In this document: piece by piece, positions 13,662-26,563 of the stretch
Layout of the letters: each line of letters starts with the position of its first letter
Numbering within the stretch: the first letter of the stretch is position 1
From: the human T2T-CHM13v2.0 reference genome, Homo sapiens
Length of the DNA: 64,000 nucleotides
Assembly (NCBI RefSeq): GCF_009914755.1
Contig: NC_060942.1
Reading direction: 5' to 3' (one strand)
Program-made: the position numbers and the translations under genes
The notes under the pieces: generated by a model
Databases searched by the model: none
What the model was told of the DNA's origin: nothing
What the model saw: only the letters and a program-made list of their open reading frames with translations

Positions 13662-15399
13662 ACCAAACAAGAGACTTCAGATTTAGGTGGAAAAAGTAGA
13701 CAATACGGCCCTTTGGAAAATACATTGGAAAACATCTTTAATGTTTTAGGAGTAGACAATTAATTATTTATCAGGACATTAAATGTGCTAACCATAATTG
13801 AAAAATGAGAATTTTGACTAGTTTAAGATTAAAAATTTTTGTTCAGCAAATGACACTATTAAGAATGTGAAAATGTAAGCCAGAAACAGGACACAAAAAA
13901 CACACACACACAAAACTGCTGCAACTCAACAGTAGCAAACTACCAAAGAAGAATATACAAAAGATTTGAAAAGGGACTTTACAGAAAGTAGACTTCCAAA
14001 TGATTGATACGCATATAAAAGGTACACAAAACATTATTAGATAAAAGGGAAATGTAGACTAAAACCGCAACAAGTTACATAAACACCAGAATGACTAAGA
14101 CGAAAAAGAGAGTAACAAGTGTTAAAGAAGACAAGGAACATCCAAAACGCTTCTATAATACCAAATAGTAGCATACATTGTACAATCATTTAGAATCAGT
14201 CAGTCATTGTTGATACATACAATCAATCATTTGTTGATACATACTAAAAAATTCCACTCCCAGGTATCTACCCAGCGGAAATATCTACATATAATCACCA
14301 AAACACATGTATAGCAATGCACATAACAGCTTTATTCTTAACAGTCCCAAATTGACAACAATATGTGTCCAAAAATAACAAAATGGATATATAGTATGTG
14401 GGATATTCACATAATGAAGTACTTTGCAGATACAAGAAAGGACAACTTATATTCAACATCGTGAATAAAACTCACAAACTCAATGCTGAGTGAAAGATGC
14501 CAGATACAGAAAAGTATATACTTTGTGATTCCATTTACTACAGTTTAATGAAAGGGAAAATTAAATTAGAATGTTAACAGGTAGAAAGTTGTTATCTTTG
14601 GGAGTGCTGCGACCTGAGAGGACCTTCTGTGTGGATAATGCTCTGTTTACTGACCTGTGCTAGAGTTCTGGGGGAAAAAAACAGAAAATAAAAGCCAAAA
14701 ATTATAATAATACATAGGCTGTTTTAAAATAGGTAATAGAATTTTAAAATATATCTGACAGTTTCTTTCTCAGATATGGTTTTAATAACTGATAAAACTT
14801 GATATTATAATTGCATGCTTTATGTTCTCTGCTCATCTTAGCTTTTGTTGCATTCACCAGTCATTCAATAATACCGTATACTTGTCTGATCTTTAATTTG
14901 AGTTTAATATCCAAACTGTATCTCTGCTGGATTCAACATCACCTCTTTGTATAATTATTTTTAAATCAACTTCATTAGACAACATTAAGCCATAATTCCC
15001 AATACGAGAAAGTGCATATTTTATTAATTCATTTCACAATTTAATGGGAAAGTTCCAAATGTTTTTCCTAGGAAAATAGATGGATTTATGTCAAGAATCA
15101 TTCTTGTGCCAAAATACAAAGGCATAAGTCCTTAAAATAAGAAACCTTACAGCACTTGGCCCAAGGAGACAGTCTTTCCCAGCTCACCAAGCAAGCAATA
15201 CATTTATAGGGACCGAGATGGAAGCCATAGAAGTGATGGCTTTGTCTTTCATGTCTTCTTGGGTAAAATTGTGACTCTGTAATTTGAAGGCTAGTTAGTT
15301 GAATCAAACAAAAAGAAAGTATTGTTTTATTTGTCTCGTGCATTTGTCAATAAGATTAAAGTGCTACTTGAATTTGAGTGGGGCAGATTCTAAAGTGAT

Positions 15400-16440
15400 T
15401 TGGCAGAAGCATTGAACGATCTGATGAACATTTGTTACTGTTAACCATTTTCTTCTTAAAACTATCTCCTTTGATTTTCTTTATCTAATTTTTAATTTTT
15501 CTCCTCTTTTACTATCATTAGATATTCATTCTAGATTTCTTTCAAGAACTGTTCTTTATCTACCTGCTCAATTTTTAAGAGTCAAAGTCATAATTCCAGA
15601 GTGATCCATTTTCATCTCTCTGAGCTTTTTGTTCTCAACATAATACCTAAAATATCTTTAAAAAAACCCTTTCCTAACATTTCCTTTACATTTTGATGAT
15701 TCTCAAATCTAATCAAGAACTCTTCTGATTTCTGGACCTATATTTCCTATGACCTAATAAATGTTTCAATTTGGAAGGCCCAAAGGCACTTCAAATTAAT
15801 CATCTTGAAAACTTAATCATTACTTTCCATCAGACTCATTCTGTATCATCTATCTTGGTGAATGGTACCACTCTTGGTCTTGTAATCTGCTTCTCACATA
15901 CACGTTCCTCAGTGCATATCATCAATTCAGTTATTACATTCTACAATTGCTAGCTTTTAATATTGTTTGTATCCATTATCTATCTTCCTTGCTTGAGTTC
16001 AGGCTGTTACCAGGTTTTTTTTTGTTTTGTTTTGTTTTTTTTTGCCTGTATTTTAAATCTTTGCTTACTCATTACTCTCCCAGATACTTCAGCTTATTTC
16101 TGCAGTGAGAATCAGAGGGAAGCAGGAGAGAGTTTTCAAGGCTGAGCAGGTAGAAAAAACCAAGTTGGGACACACAATCAACAGTGTGGGTTGGAATACT
16201 CTGGAGAGAAGACTAAGGGCTGGGAGCCCCTCTGTGCCAGCAAAGGATACTCTGGAGGATTGGTACGGCAGAACAGTGCCTAGGAAAAGGAAACGGGCAG
16301 TAGAGCCAACTGGTAAATCTCTGCTTATTCTCTGAACAAAGGCGATGATCCAATCAGCTGAACCTGTAGTTGAGCAAAGCGGAATTAAGAGTATAGCCAA
16401 GATCAGGAATACTAGGACCAAATGGATACTGACCAGAATT
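15400..16440. mobile_element. L2 fragments (both orientations)
   Basis: Degenerate L2 motifs (tgatgattctcaaatcta, aggcacttcaaattaa, gtgaatggtaccact; opposite orientation at 16130-16440). Confidence 0.55.
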
Positions 16441-16479
16441 ACAAACAAATCTGAATGATTCAAAGTGCAAGAATTGGAG

Positions 16480-16780
16480 TGGACTGGAGTATAAAGTATG
16501 AAGCAAATTTCTTAGATAAGCTCTCACCCAGCTCTGTGAAGTGGCCACAATGAGAATTCTAGTGTATGGGAGCTTCTGAGAGGCATATTTCTGTGCACTG
16601 TTAGAATCTCTTTTAGTCAGCAGAATTGGTTAGCAAAGAAATGGGCTGCCCCATGAGCAAGTGGGTTCCTAGTGATTTAAATGATTCAAAGGCTGCATGA
16701 GTGCTCTGAAGCTATCCTGTAGACTATTTCTGCATTACATAGGTGAGGGGAGTAGATAATTTCTAATATCCTGTACAATT
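16480..16780 (+). mobile_element. L3/CR1 3' fragment
   Basis: aaatgggctgccccatgagcaagtgggttcct...gtagataatttctaatatcc resembles the L3 3' end. Confidence 0.45.
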
Positions 16781-19089
16781 CACAAATATACATTTTTACC
16801 TTACCTCTCAATTTGAAAGTTATGATTTGGTTTCAACTGGGCATATGTGACAGTCATTCTCCTTGCATATAGCAGATACTAATTTTCAGACATCCTGTTT
16901 GTGTAGCATTCCATATACTCAGAGAAGTGGTTTTCATTTAGTCTCTTTTGTATTCAACAAATGCATTTTTTTAGTTTGCTCTCCCCTTCCCCTCCTTCTT
17001 GAACTGGGCTGCCAGTTAACTCAACCAGTTAATTCAATCAGACCTTTGGTTTGATTGGGTCTGTTAGTGGAACACGAAAGATGAAGGCAACCTGAAGTGC
17101 AGAGTCTAAGTCATGGGATTGAGCTTTGGCAAGCAGAGATGCATAAAACTAACTGGTCCTTCATGGAGACACCAAAGCCAAGCAGCAGTGACAGAAGATC
17201 CAACTCAGGAAGCTTCTAGCTGAGAAAGCTGCACTTCTTAGATTTGTTGTCAAATGTAACATTTGGAAGTGGTAAATCATTGCAGGAGCCAGTGTGCTTG
17301 GCAACCACATTCCTGCCTGGGTGGCTGGCAATACAAGCTGTGGCTTCATAGTCTCATACAGTTCTGATGGGGACATGTGAGCCATCAGTGACTGATCATT
17401 TTGGGAAAACCTGACAGAAAACAGAAATTTTCCTTACTTTTTGTTTCTATAATGAAGTGAGCAGAAGCTGAATGAAATAAAGTTGTCTCATTTATTATAC
17501 AGATGACTCACATGCTTTCTGATTCATGCCAGTAAAATCACTCTGCCACTGGCAGAAATATGCCAGGACCTAAGAAAAATTGTGCTCTATGCAACCCCAA
17601 CTCCCATCAAGGCCTGGGATATCATGATGCTGTTCAGATTTGCCCTTCTGCCTTGTAGCTAGAGCAGTTAGTCACCTAGTTGCAAGACGACTTTTATGGC
17701 TATAGTTATACCCTTTGGGACAGAATGCTGTTAATCAACGCTGTCCATGACATCATGAAACTAACAGCTCCTGCATATAAGTAACATGTTATATATAGCT
17801 TTGTCATTCACATGATTTAAGATGCTTCTGTTCTTTCATCCATCAGGTAAAACAAAAATGCAGTGGAAACCTGTACTTTCAGAACAGATGCCTTTATAAT
17901 TGTGTTGATAGAAAGAACGTGCTGTCATGCTCTGCGTTACGTCTCTTTTCCATCTGGTTTCTGTCTGGTTATATTTGCGCTGCAGCCATCTTTCCCCCTT
18001 GACTTAGTTTTAAAACTCAATGTGATGGGGGTATTGCCAATCGTTTGAATAAAAACAGAATGTACTTGTATGATGTCACTGTGATACTTTCCCCAGTTAG
18101 ACATGCTGAGCATTTATCACATTAGCCATGAATAAAGTGCATTGGATTGTCTTTTCAGAACATGTGTAGGTGAACTATTTCTAAGTTCATGCTAAAATCC
18201 CAAACTAATTGTGATTAGTGTTTAATGATAAAAGTTGACGTTTTAGATAAATACATTTGGTTTATATCTATTGAGATTTTCCATTTATCAAGAGCAGTTT
18301 TCATTTTTTCCCATTGGTTTAGGTGAATTTTTCTTCAGAAATTATAAAAGAAAACCTAGATATTCAAGTGCTTTTACTTTTTCTCATTCATCCGACTTCT
18401 ATGTGAATGCAAAGGTCTAGCCACAGGGAAATGAAGTGACCTACGTAAGATTATAGGGAAAAACCTGACACTGTGGTACCTGGGCCTCAGGACCTTTTCC
18501 TGATATTCTAACAAGGAATGAATTCTGCACATCATTTTATTTTCACATATGATATTTATATGATATTATTATGAAATGATTATTCATTGAGAAAAATATT
18601 CTAGTTCTTTCTTAATGGGTTTTGCATTATCCTCTTGAAAAATTGAAATTATCTCTGCATAACAGCTTACAGTTTTCAAAACATTCCTCTTTCCCTGTTC
18701 ACTGATCTTTCTCTGTATAGCTCATTTTTATCTTCAGTAGTGGGAGTCTGGCACATGGATTCTTAAAGGAAAAAGAGAGCTGGAAGGCATCTATTTAAGT
18801 TGATATTGGTTCTCTTGCAGACTCAAATTATATGTAAAGAGTCATTTTTTTATGTAAGCTAAGAGTTTTTAGGGAAAATTCGAAGATACTTTAATAATTG
18901 TAGATTGGTCAATAGGGTAAATTAGACATGATTACATGTTGACCCATCTCTGACCCAATTAAATTGTACCTTATCTGGAGTTTCATAAATATGTTCTATT
19001 GGACTTGATTTCTTTGTGTTTTCCCCATGAAATGCGGTTTTCCTGTAAAATAAACTCAGTGAATGCCAGATAATATATTTTCCTGTTAA

Positions 19090-19422
<333 letters not shown>

Positions 19423-21329
19423 TAATGCATGTTTGCATGGTAGAACCTCTGGGATGTTATAAAATCAAGAAACTCTTTTGACTATGTTTCACTTTTTTAA
19501 ATACATAATTTTCCCCCTTTGCCATGAAGATTGACATGCTGAAGAGTTAGTGCTTTGTAAGACATTTATTAGGAATTTCTGAGCTAAAATTTTCTTCTGG
19601 TAGATAATATAGACTTATTTCTAAAAATCACTACTAAAATGCAAAGTATGGAGATTTTAGTGAAACAAATTATATTTTTACGTTATGAGATTAGTTACTT
19701 AAATAAATAATTGCTGCCTCTGAAAATAATGAAAGAAACTGAACTGTGGGCTTCTTAAGGTAGCAACTGAATATTTATTTTTGTATTCTTATCACCCAGC
19801 TCAATGCCAGAGTCAAAGCTCAATGTTTGTTAAGTTAATAGCAGTAAAGAAAAAGATATCTGAGGATTTTAGACTACCTTGTGCACAAGAATGCTCACTC
19901 AAATGTTATAAAGAAAATTAAAATCTGTTCTGGTCCATGCAAAATAGTATATTTTACCTAAATGGCTCATGTTTTCTTTCATGAAATAACTGTAGTCACT
20001 AGCAGAGTCTCATTGAGAATGAATACATTCTATTTATATTTTTCTAAGCAAAAAGGAAAACAATGCAGAACTGTAGAGGAGCTGTTATAGCTGTCCCATA
20101 AGGGACTGACAAGTTTTTTCTTTTTCTTTTTCTTTTTCTTTTTTAAATGACTGTTTTCTAAGAGATAATAGGAAACAATATTAATTAAACCTGTATCTTT
20201 TTTTTCTGATACGTTCAATGCAAGTTATAAATGTATTTAAATTTTCCACTGGAAAGTTATATATAATTTATAAATACCGCAGGAAAATATACCACTGGTA
20301 TATTCCACTGGAATGACAAACATTTTTTCAGTTGGAATTTTTGAAGTTGTTGTTTTATTTTTATTTTGGTTTTGAAACTATTGGAAAAACCATGGAATTA
20401 TGTCATAGTATTGCATATGTAGACTGGTAAAACAGGAACATGAAGTGACAACAGCCAATGTAGTGGTAATTTGGGGTTAATAATAATTTAGTGTTGATAG
20501 TAATCCATGACTAATTACCCCAATTCTCTCTCTATTTTCCTTTTGATACCTTAAGGCTTTTGCCTATTTTGTTATTTAACTTTGGGGGAATAAAATCAGA
20601 TCACAACAAGCATGGAGAGGGGCTCTGAGTAGGCTAGCGATACTGAAGCTGTGTAGAATTATGGACAGTGATATTAAGGTAGGACAGTGATATTGAAGCT
20701 GTGTAGAATTATGGTCTGCCAACATACTCATTAGATTTGTAGGCCCTGCGTATACATATTTCTGGCATTAATCTGGTGGACTGGAGCTATGGTCTTGACG
20801 TAGAAAATATCACTGTGTCTCGATACCGGAGAGAGGGCCCCAGGCTGATGGAAACGTCTTTCAAACTATTAACTATGTAATAGATTATTGTGCCACATAG
20901 GTCAGAGAAAAATTTTGACCCTCTGAGTCCATGTCTTCATTCTCATTGAATTATTTGCTCTTCAGTATTGCCCTCCTTGTTATTTTTCTTGTGGTAGTTA
21001 TTTAACTGCAGCATCTATTCATTTCTCTTCTCAAGCCTTCTGGATGATTGGATTTTATTCCCACAATGTCTTATTCTTTTCAGTAAGGCTTTTCTCTTTC
21101 ATTAGTTATCCAGCATCTGAAATTCTATACCTTGCTTAAAAACAGAATTAGAGGAGAATGAACACTTCCCCTCATAGTCTACTCATTCACTACTTCATTA
21201 ATACATATATTAAATAACTTCAATTCCATAATATGAGAAGGAAAAAGAATAATGGGACAAGTGCATTCAGCTTAGTATAGAATTTCAATACTCTAATGAT
21301 TATGCTAACTGAATTAAATTATTAAAGAA

Positions 21330-22860
21330 TTAAGTGAATATTTATTGAATGGTTATGCTGTGCCAGACACTAGTACCTACTATATAGGTGATGACCATAC
21401 TGTGAGAACAAGATAGACATTATTACTTCCTTTATGGGACTTACTGTCTATTTGCAATGCATAAACAGATACATGGTAAAATTACTATGCACTGTTATAC
21501 TTCTTATAAAATGGTGGTGGATACAACATTCCAGGCAAAGTTTATATCAGGTGCACAGTATTTAGAAAAAGTCTTGGGGGCATATTACAGAAAGCACAGA
21601 AGGAGGCCAATATGGCTAGCATGTAGCAACAGAAAAAGTCTTGGGGCATATTCTAGAAAGCACAGAAGGAGGCCAATATGGCTAGCAGGTAGTAAGAGAG
21701 TGACAACAGATGAGATAGAGGTTCAACCAGGCAGCATCTTGATCCATCATGAGGAGCTGGGATTTTATTCTAGGTGCAATGGAGAGCAACACAGATTTCA
21801 AACAAAGGAAGGGCCTGACTAGATTTGTGATTTTAGGATTTCGTATTTCTGGTTGGAAAAAATGAATCAGTGGAAGTAAAAAGTAGAAGCAAAGATAAGT
21901 CTTTAGCTTTTTCTTCTCCTTTTCTTTTTTTTTTAAGTGATCAGAAGTGTTGATGGCTTGGTTAGGGTGGTAGTAATGGGAAAAGAGAGAAGTACCTAAA
22001 AAGGAGAAATATTTTTGGAGGTGACATGATAGGATTCATTGTTTGTGCGACATGGGAAGCAAAGGGAAGTAAGTAAGTACAAATGAAGGTTTTCCTGGGT
22101 TGAATTTTATTGACAGGGCTATTTACTGAGGGAGAAACAGATCTTGAGGTTTAGATGGTACGAGCAAGTTTTGTTTTAAACTTCCACTTTGGACTTCCTA
22201 TATTCGAGATGCCTATTAGACAACTAAGTGGAGGTGTGAGCCTATTTATCTATCTATTATAATTCTCTATCTATCTATCTACCTGCCTATTTATGTACAA
22301 GTCTGGGACTCAGACAACCTAGATTGAAAGTGTAAGTCCAGAAGTCAGTGTACAGATGGTGCTGGAAGCAACCTGAATTAGGGAAAAGTGAGCAGTCTCA
22401 GGAATGAGTGCTAAGACATCCCTCTCTGTGGAATTTTGGTAAAGGAGGAGAAGCCAACAAAGAAAACTGAGAAGGAGAGGCCAGAGGGTAGGAGGAGAGC
22501 CAAGGAATTCAGTGACACTGAATCTTAGAGCAGAGAATGTTTCAAGAAACCAATACTGTTTGTTCCAAATGCCTCTAAATAGTTGAACAATATGCCGACA
22601 AATGTGTCCCTGATTTAGCAACCTGGAGCTATTGATTATCTAGACAAGAATCATTTCAGTGGAGATGGGGAGATGCAACCCAGGTAAGCGTGGATTGAAT
22701 GCAAGAAATGGAATGCAAAACAGAGAGGAAGCAGAGTGTATAAAATATTCTTTCATTTTTTTTTGTAAAGGTGAACAGAGAAATGAGAAGGGAGCTGGTG
22801 TGGAATGTGGGGGCCAAGAAGGTTAATTTGTGCTTAATGAAAACTCTTCTGATATTTTTA
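21330..22860 (-). mobile_element. L2 (LINE2) fragment
   Basis: gaatatttattgaatggttatgctgtgccagacact (reverse L2 3' end), gagatgcctattagaca, gtttcaagaa...atttcagtggagatggg. Confidence 0.75.
21564..21696. repeat. Tandem duplication, 2 x ~67 bp
   Basis: agaaaaagtcttgggg(g)catatt..agaaagcacagaaggaggccaatatggctagca.gtag.aa repeated at 21564 and 21631. Confidence 0.92.
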
Positions 22861-22869
22861 AAATATGAG

Positions 22870-23230
22870 TGATATGGTTTAGGTGTGTCCCCACCCAAAT
22901 CTCATCTTGAATTGTAACTCCCACAATTCTCACATGTCATGGGAGGAACCTGTGGGAGGTGATTGAATCATTGGGGCAGGTCTTTCCTGTGCTGTTCTCG
23001 TGATAGTGAATAAGTCTCAGGAGATCTGATGGTTATATAAAAATGGGAGTTTCCCCACACAAGCTCTCTTCTCTTGTCTGCCACCATGTGAGACGTGCCT
23101 TTCACCTTCCACCATGATCATGAGGCCTCCCCAGCCATATGGAACTATAAGTCCAATAAACCTCTTTCTTTTGTAAATTGCCCACTTTCAGGTACATCTT
23201 TATCAGCAGTGTGAAAAACAGACTAACACA
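22870..23230 (+). mobile_element. THE1 solo LTR (THE1B-like, ERVL-MaLR)
   Basis: tgatatggtttaggtgtgtccccacccaaatctcatcttgaattgtaactccc ... aataaacctctttc ... gactaacaca; 5-bp TSD atgag/acgag. Confidence 0.95.
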
Positions 23231-24080
23231 ACGAGGAATTACATATTTCATAGGAACAAAGAAATTTCAAGAAATAGCTGGAATTCAGCTGTTAGTTGAG
23301 TAGTATTTTTATTAACACAGTCTATCACCTACCTTTCCTTATCACTTCTATCTATACTTGATTACAAATCTATGTTATTGATGATAATGATCGAGTGAAC
23401 AACTAGTGTGAAATAAGTGCTCCTGTTTTATATAGATATGAGTATCTGGAGCAGTCATGGGAAGCAGTAATATATTCTTTGTCTGAAGGTGCCCTGGTGA
23501 ATGGCAATTTTTTAAAAAAGATTGTAGTGTCAGCTCCATGATTCTAGCTGCAATGGAAATGGAATATTTTTGCCACATTAATTCCAGCTTGTCCTTCTAG
23601 TCTACTGGTGTTTATAGTGATGCTTCTGAAACCCTGATGCCACGGTGGTCTTTGCCTTTTCGAGTCATTCTAGAGTTACCTTATTAAAACGGAGGGAAAT
23701 TTGAATAGAAACTCAGCTTCTACCTTGTTAACAGAACTCTGCAGTTCTCAAACATTTCAACATCAGGGCGAAAGTGGCAAAAGAGAAAGTCTGTGTTTGC
23801 GGTCAGCCTGAGCTGCCCACTATCCCAAGGCCCACCTTTCTGTGAGGTCATCATCAAGACCACTGCCAACACCACCACACATGCCTTCTGCAGTGGTCTC
23901 TGAGTGGAGGTGCTTTAAAAGCTTTAAAAACATCTATCAGTGTTTTAAAATCTTTTATGTGGACTAGAAGAGTTAAAGTAAGGTGAAAACTTGCATATCA
24001 GTGTGCATAGCTCCAAGGACTGCCAAATGCAGAGGGTCCTTTGTGGACAGATTCTTATCTTACACTCAATATGTTTGGCT

Positions 24081-24361
24081 GGCCAGGCACGATGGCTCAC
24101 ACCTGTAATCCCAGCATTTTGGGAGGCCAAGGCGGGTGGATCACTTAAGGTCAGGATTTCGAGACCAGCCTGACCAACGTAGTGAAATCCCATCTCTACT
24201 AAAAATACAAAAATTAGCCGGGCATGGTGGTGAGTACCTATAATCCCAGCTACTTGGGAGGCTGAGACAGGAGAATCACTTGAACCCGGGAGGCAGAGGC
24301 TGCAGTGGGCCAAGATCTCCCACTGCACTCCAGCCTGGGCGACAGAGTGAGACTCCACCTC

Positions 24362-24388
<27 letters not shown>
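24081..24388 (+). mobile_element. AluS (Sx-like) with (TA)n after the A-tail
   Basis: Full dimer; long poly-A then (TA)~13 at 24389-24414; degenerate TSD atatgtttggct/atatatttgact. Confidence 0.95.
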
Positions 24389-24418
<30 letters not shown>

Positions 24419-24624
24419 ACTGGAAGTGTTTTCAGATGACAGATAGTTGTTTTGATAGTTGAGGATATTGTTCCTCATCTTGGCAAGGAGATCAATTCAG
24501 GGACCAACTCAGCCATATGCCCAAAAGACAGAAAGGAGTGTTTCCCTATTGAGGATCTGAAGCAGTCTCCTCAATCAGAAGTAACCCTGGGTTGCAGTAG
24601 GTAGAGTTTGCTACCTGACCTTAC

Positions 24625-24702
24625 CTGGGAAGTGTCTATCCATTCCCATGTGGCCTCTTCAAAATCTGTTTGTTTATTAATAATTTCATCTATGTGGCAG
24701 TC
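24625..24702 (-). other. Candidate 78-nt internal exon (host gene unknown)
   Basis: Minus strand ttttgtctcttctctag|GACTGC...TTCCCAG|gtaagg; open in frame 0 (DCHIDEIINKQTDFEEATWEWIDTSQ). Confidence 0.3.
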
Positions 24703-24958
24703 CTAGAGAAGAGACAAAACTCGCTACCTTAGGTAAATTGCTTCCTCTAGGTGGCTACAGTAAAATCTCTAATGTAACATTGTGGTGTATGCCTTATTAT
24801 TTGTCTCTGAACTCCAGGAAACTGTCAAATGGGGCATTTGGAAATGACAGACATCGAATCAACAGGTTTGCTGCTGTTTTAGGATTTGCCAATTGTTAAC
24901 ATAGTGGCGCATCTGCTGTTTCATAAAGGTCATGCTGTCACATAATTCTTGTCTGCAG

Positions 24959-24976
24959 AGCTTCATTCACTACAAG
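24959..24976 (+). other. Candidate 18-nt microexon (host gene unknown)
   Basis: ttcttgtctgcag|AGCTTCATTCACTACAAG|gtgagt; length divisible by 3, no internal stop in any phase. Confidence 0.35.
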
Positions 24977-25410
24977 GTGAGTGCTTGAGAAAGAACAGCG
25001 TAGTATGACGGTTTCAGACAGATGCATTTATTTGCGTGCATTTGATGCAGAGTTGGGAATGAAACTCGGAAAGCATCAATACCATTCCTTTCATTGTTCT
25101 TTTGTACTGCCCGGTTTCAAAAGCTAAACCTATAAAAATAGAAAATGAGTGTAATTAAGTGGTCTAATTTAGAATGATGGACTTTTTAAGTCGACTATTG
25201 AATTTACTTTGATGCAAAAATTTCAAACTTTTAGAATGTTAGCCATCATTCATTCTGTGTGTGTTTGTTTGTGTGTGTGTGTCTGGATTGAAAGGAAGAC
25301 ACAATTTAAAAATCTTTTAAAAATGAAAGCTCTTTTAATTCTGTAATATACATAATTTAGAAGTGAAAATAATGTTGTTTGATGTTATTTTTAACTGTTA
25401 TAAGTGGTAA

Positions 25411-25762
<352 letters not shown>

Positions 25763-25843
25763 TTTTATTTGTTTTGTAATAGGAGGATGACAACATAGCA
25801 TCCATATAAGCCAACATTCACTTTCAACATTATGGAACCAACT

Positions 25844-26170
25844 AGTCTTAATCTGTTTGTGCTACTGTAACAGAATCCTTGGCACTGGATAATTTATTGA
25901 AAAACCCAGACATTAATTCTCACAGTCCTAGAGGCTGAGAAGTCCAAGATCAGGGCACTGGTATTTGGTCTGGTGAAAGTCTTCTTGCAGCATCCTCACA
26001 TGGCAGAAGAGAGAAGGGCAAGCTAACCAAAAGCTGCAGGAAGCCTCTTTTATAAGGGCTTTAATGTCATTAAGGAGGAAGGAGCCCTTATGGCCTGACC
26101 AACTCTTAAAGGCCTTACCTCTTAATAACATCACACTGGTAACACCTGAATTTGCACTCAAGCCATAGCA
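25844..26170 (-). mobile_element. MaLR LTR (MLT1A/MST-like)
   Basis: gtcttaatctgtttgtgctactgtaacagaat...ctcacagtcctagaggctgagaagtccaagatcagggcactgg...ccatagca. Confidence 0.8.
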
Positions 26171-26408
26171 CAATCTTATCCTTTAAGCCAGTCTCTCACA
26201 CCCACGCACAGATGTGTTGACTGATAAAAGTCATTGAATAATGCACTACAGTTATTCACTGCCAACACCTCAGATCTTCCTCACTTCATCCAGACTTGCC
26301 TTCTCTGACCATATTTCTAAATAATTCTAACTTTTGCTTTCTGCCCTCGACCTAATGCTGCCTCTAAGCCCTCCTTTAGGCTATGAATTGTATTATTTAC
26401 TGTTTTTT

Positions 26409-26563
26409 GTGGTATCATTCTCATTTCTTTCTTTTCATTTGTATGAATTTATGGGAGTACATGTGAAATTTTGTTACATGCATAGATTGTGTAATGGATA
26501 AAAAATATAGTATATATCCACATGAAATACTATTCAGCCAAAAAAGAATGAAATTATATCCTC
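26409..26563 (-). mobile_element. Short L1PB/L1MA insertion with internal inversion
   Basis: Reverse L1 3' end (tgtatgaatttatgggagtacatgtgaaattttgttacatgcatag) joined to a forward L1 segment (atggataaaaaa...tactattcagccaaaaaagaatgaaat); flanking TSD-like repeats. Confidence 0.7.

Noticed and set aside
20245-20315. Repeated ccactgg and palindrome atataccactggtatat
   Set aside because: Short and AT-rich; compatible with chance or local slippage.
23945-24478. 177-aa ORF and other Alu-overlapping ORFs (19102, 25417, 38310, 39179, 44742, 54699)
   Set aside because: Typical Alu-derived translations.
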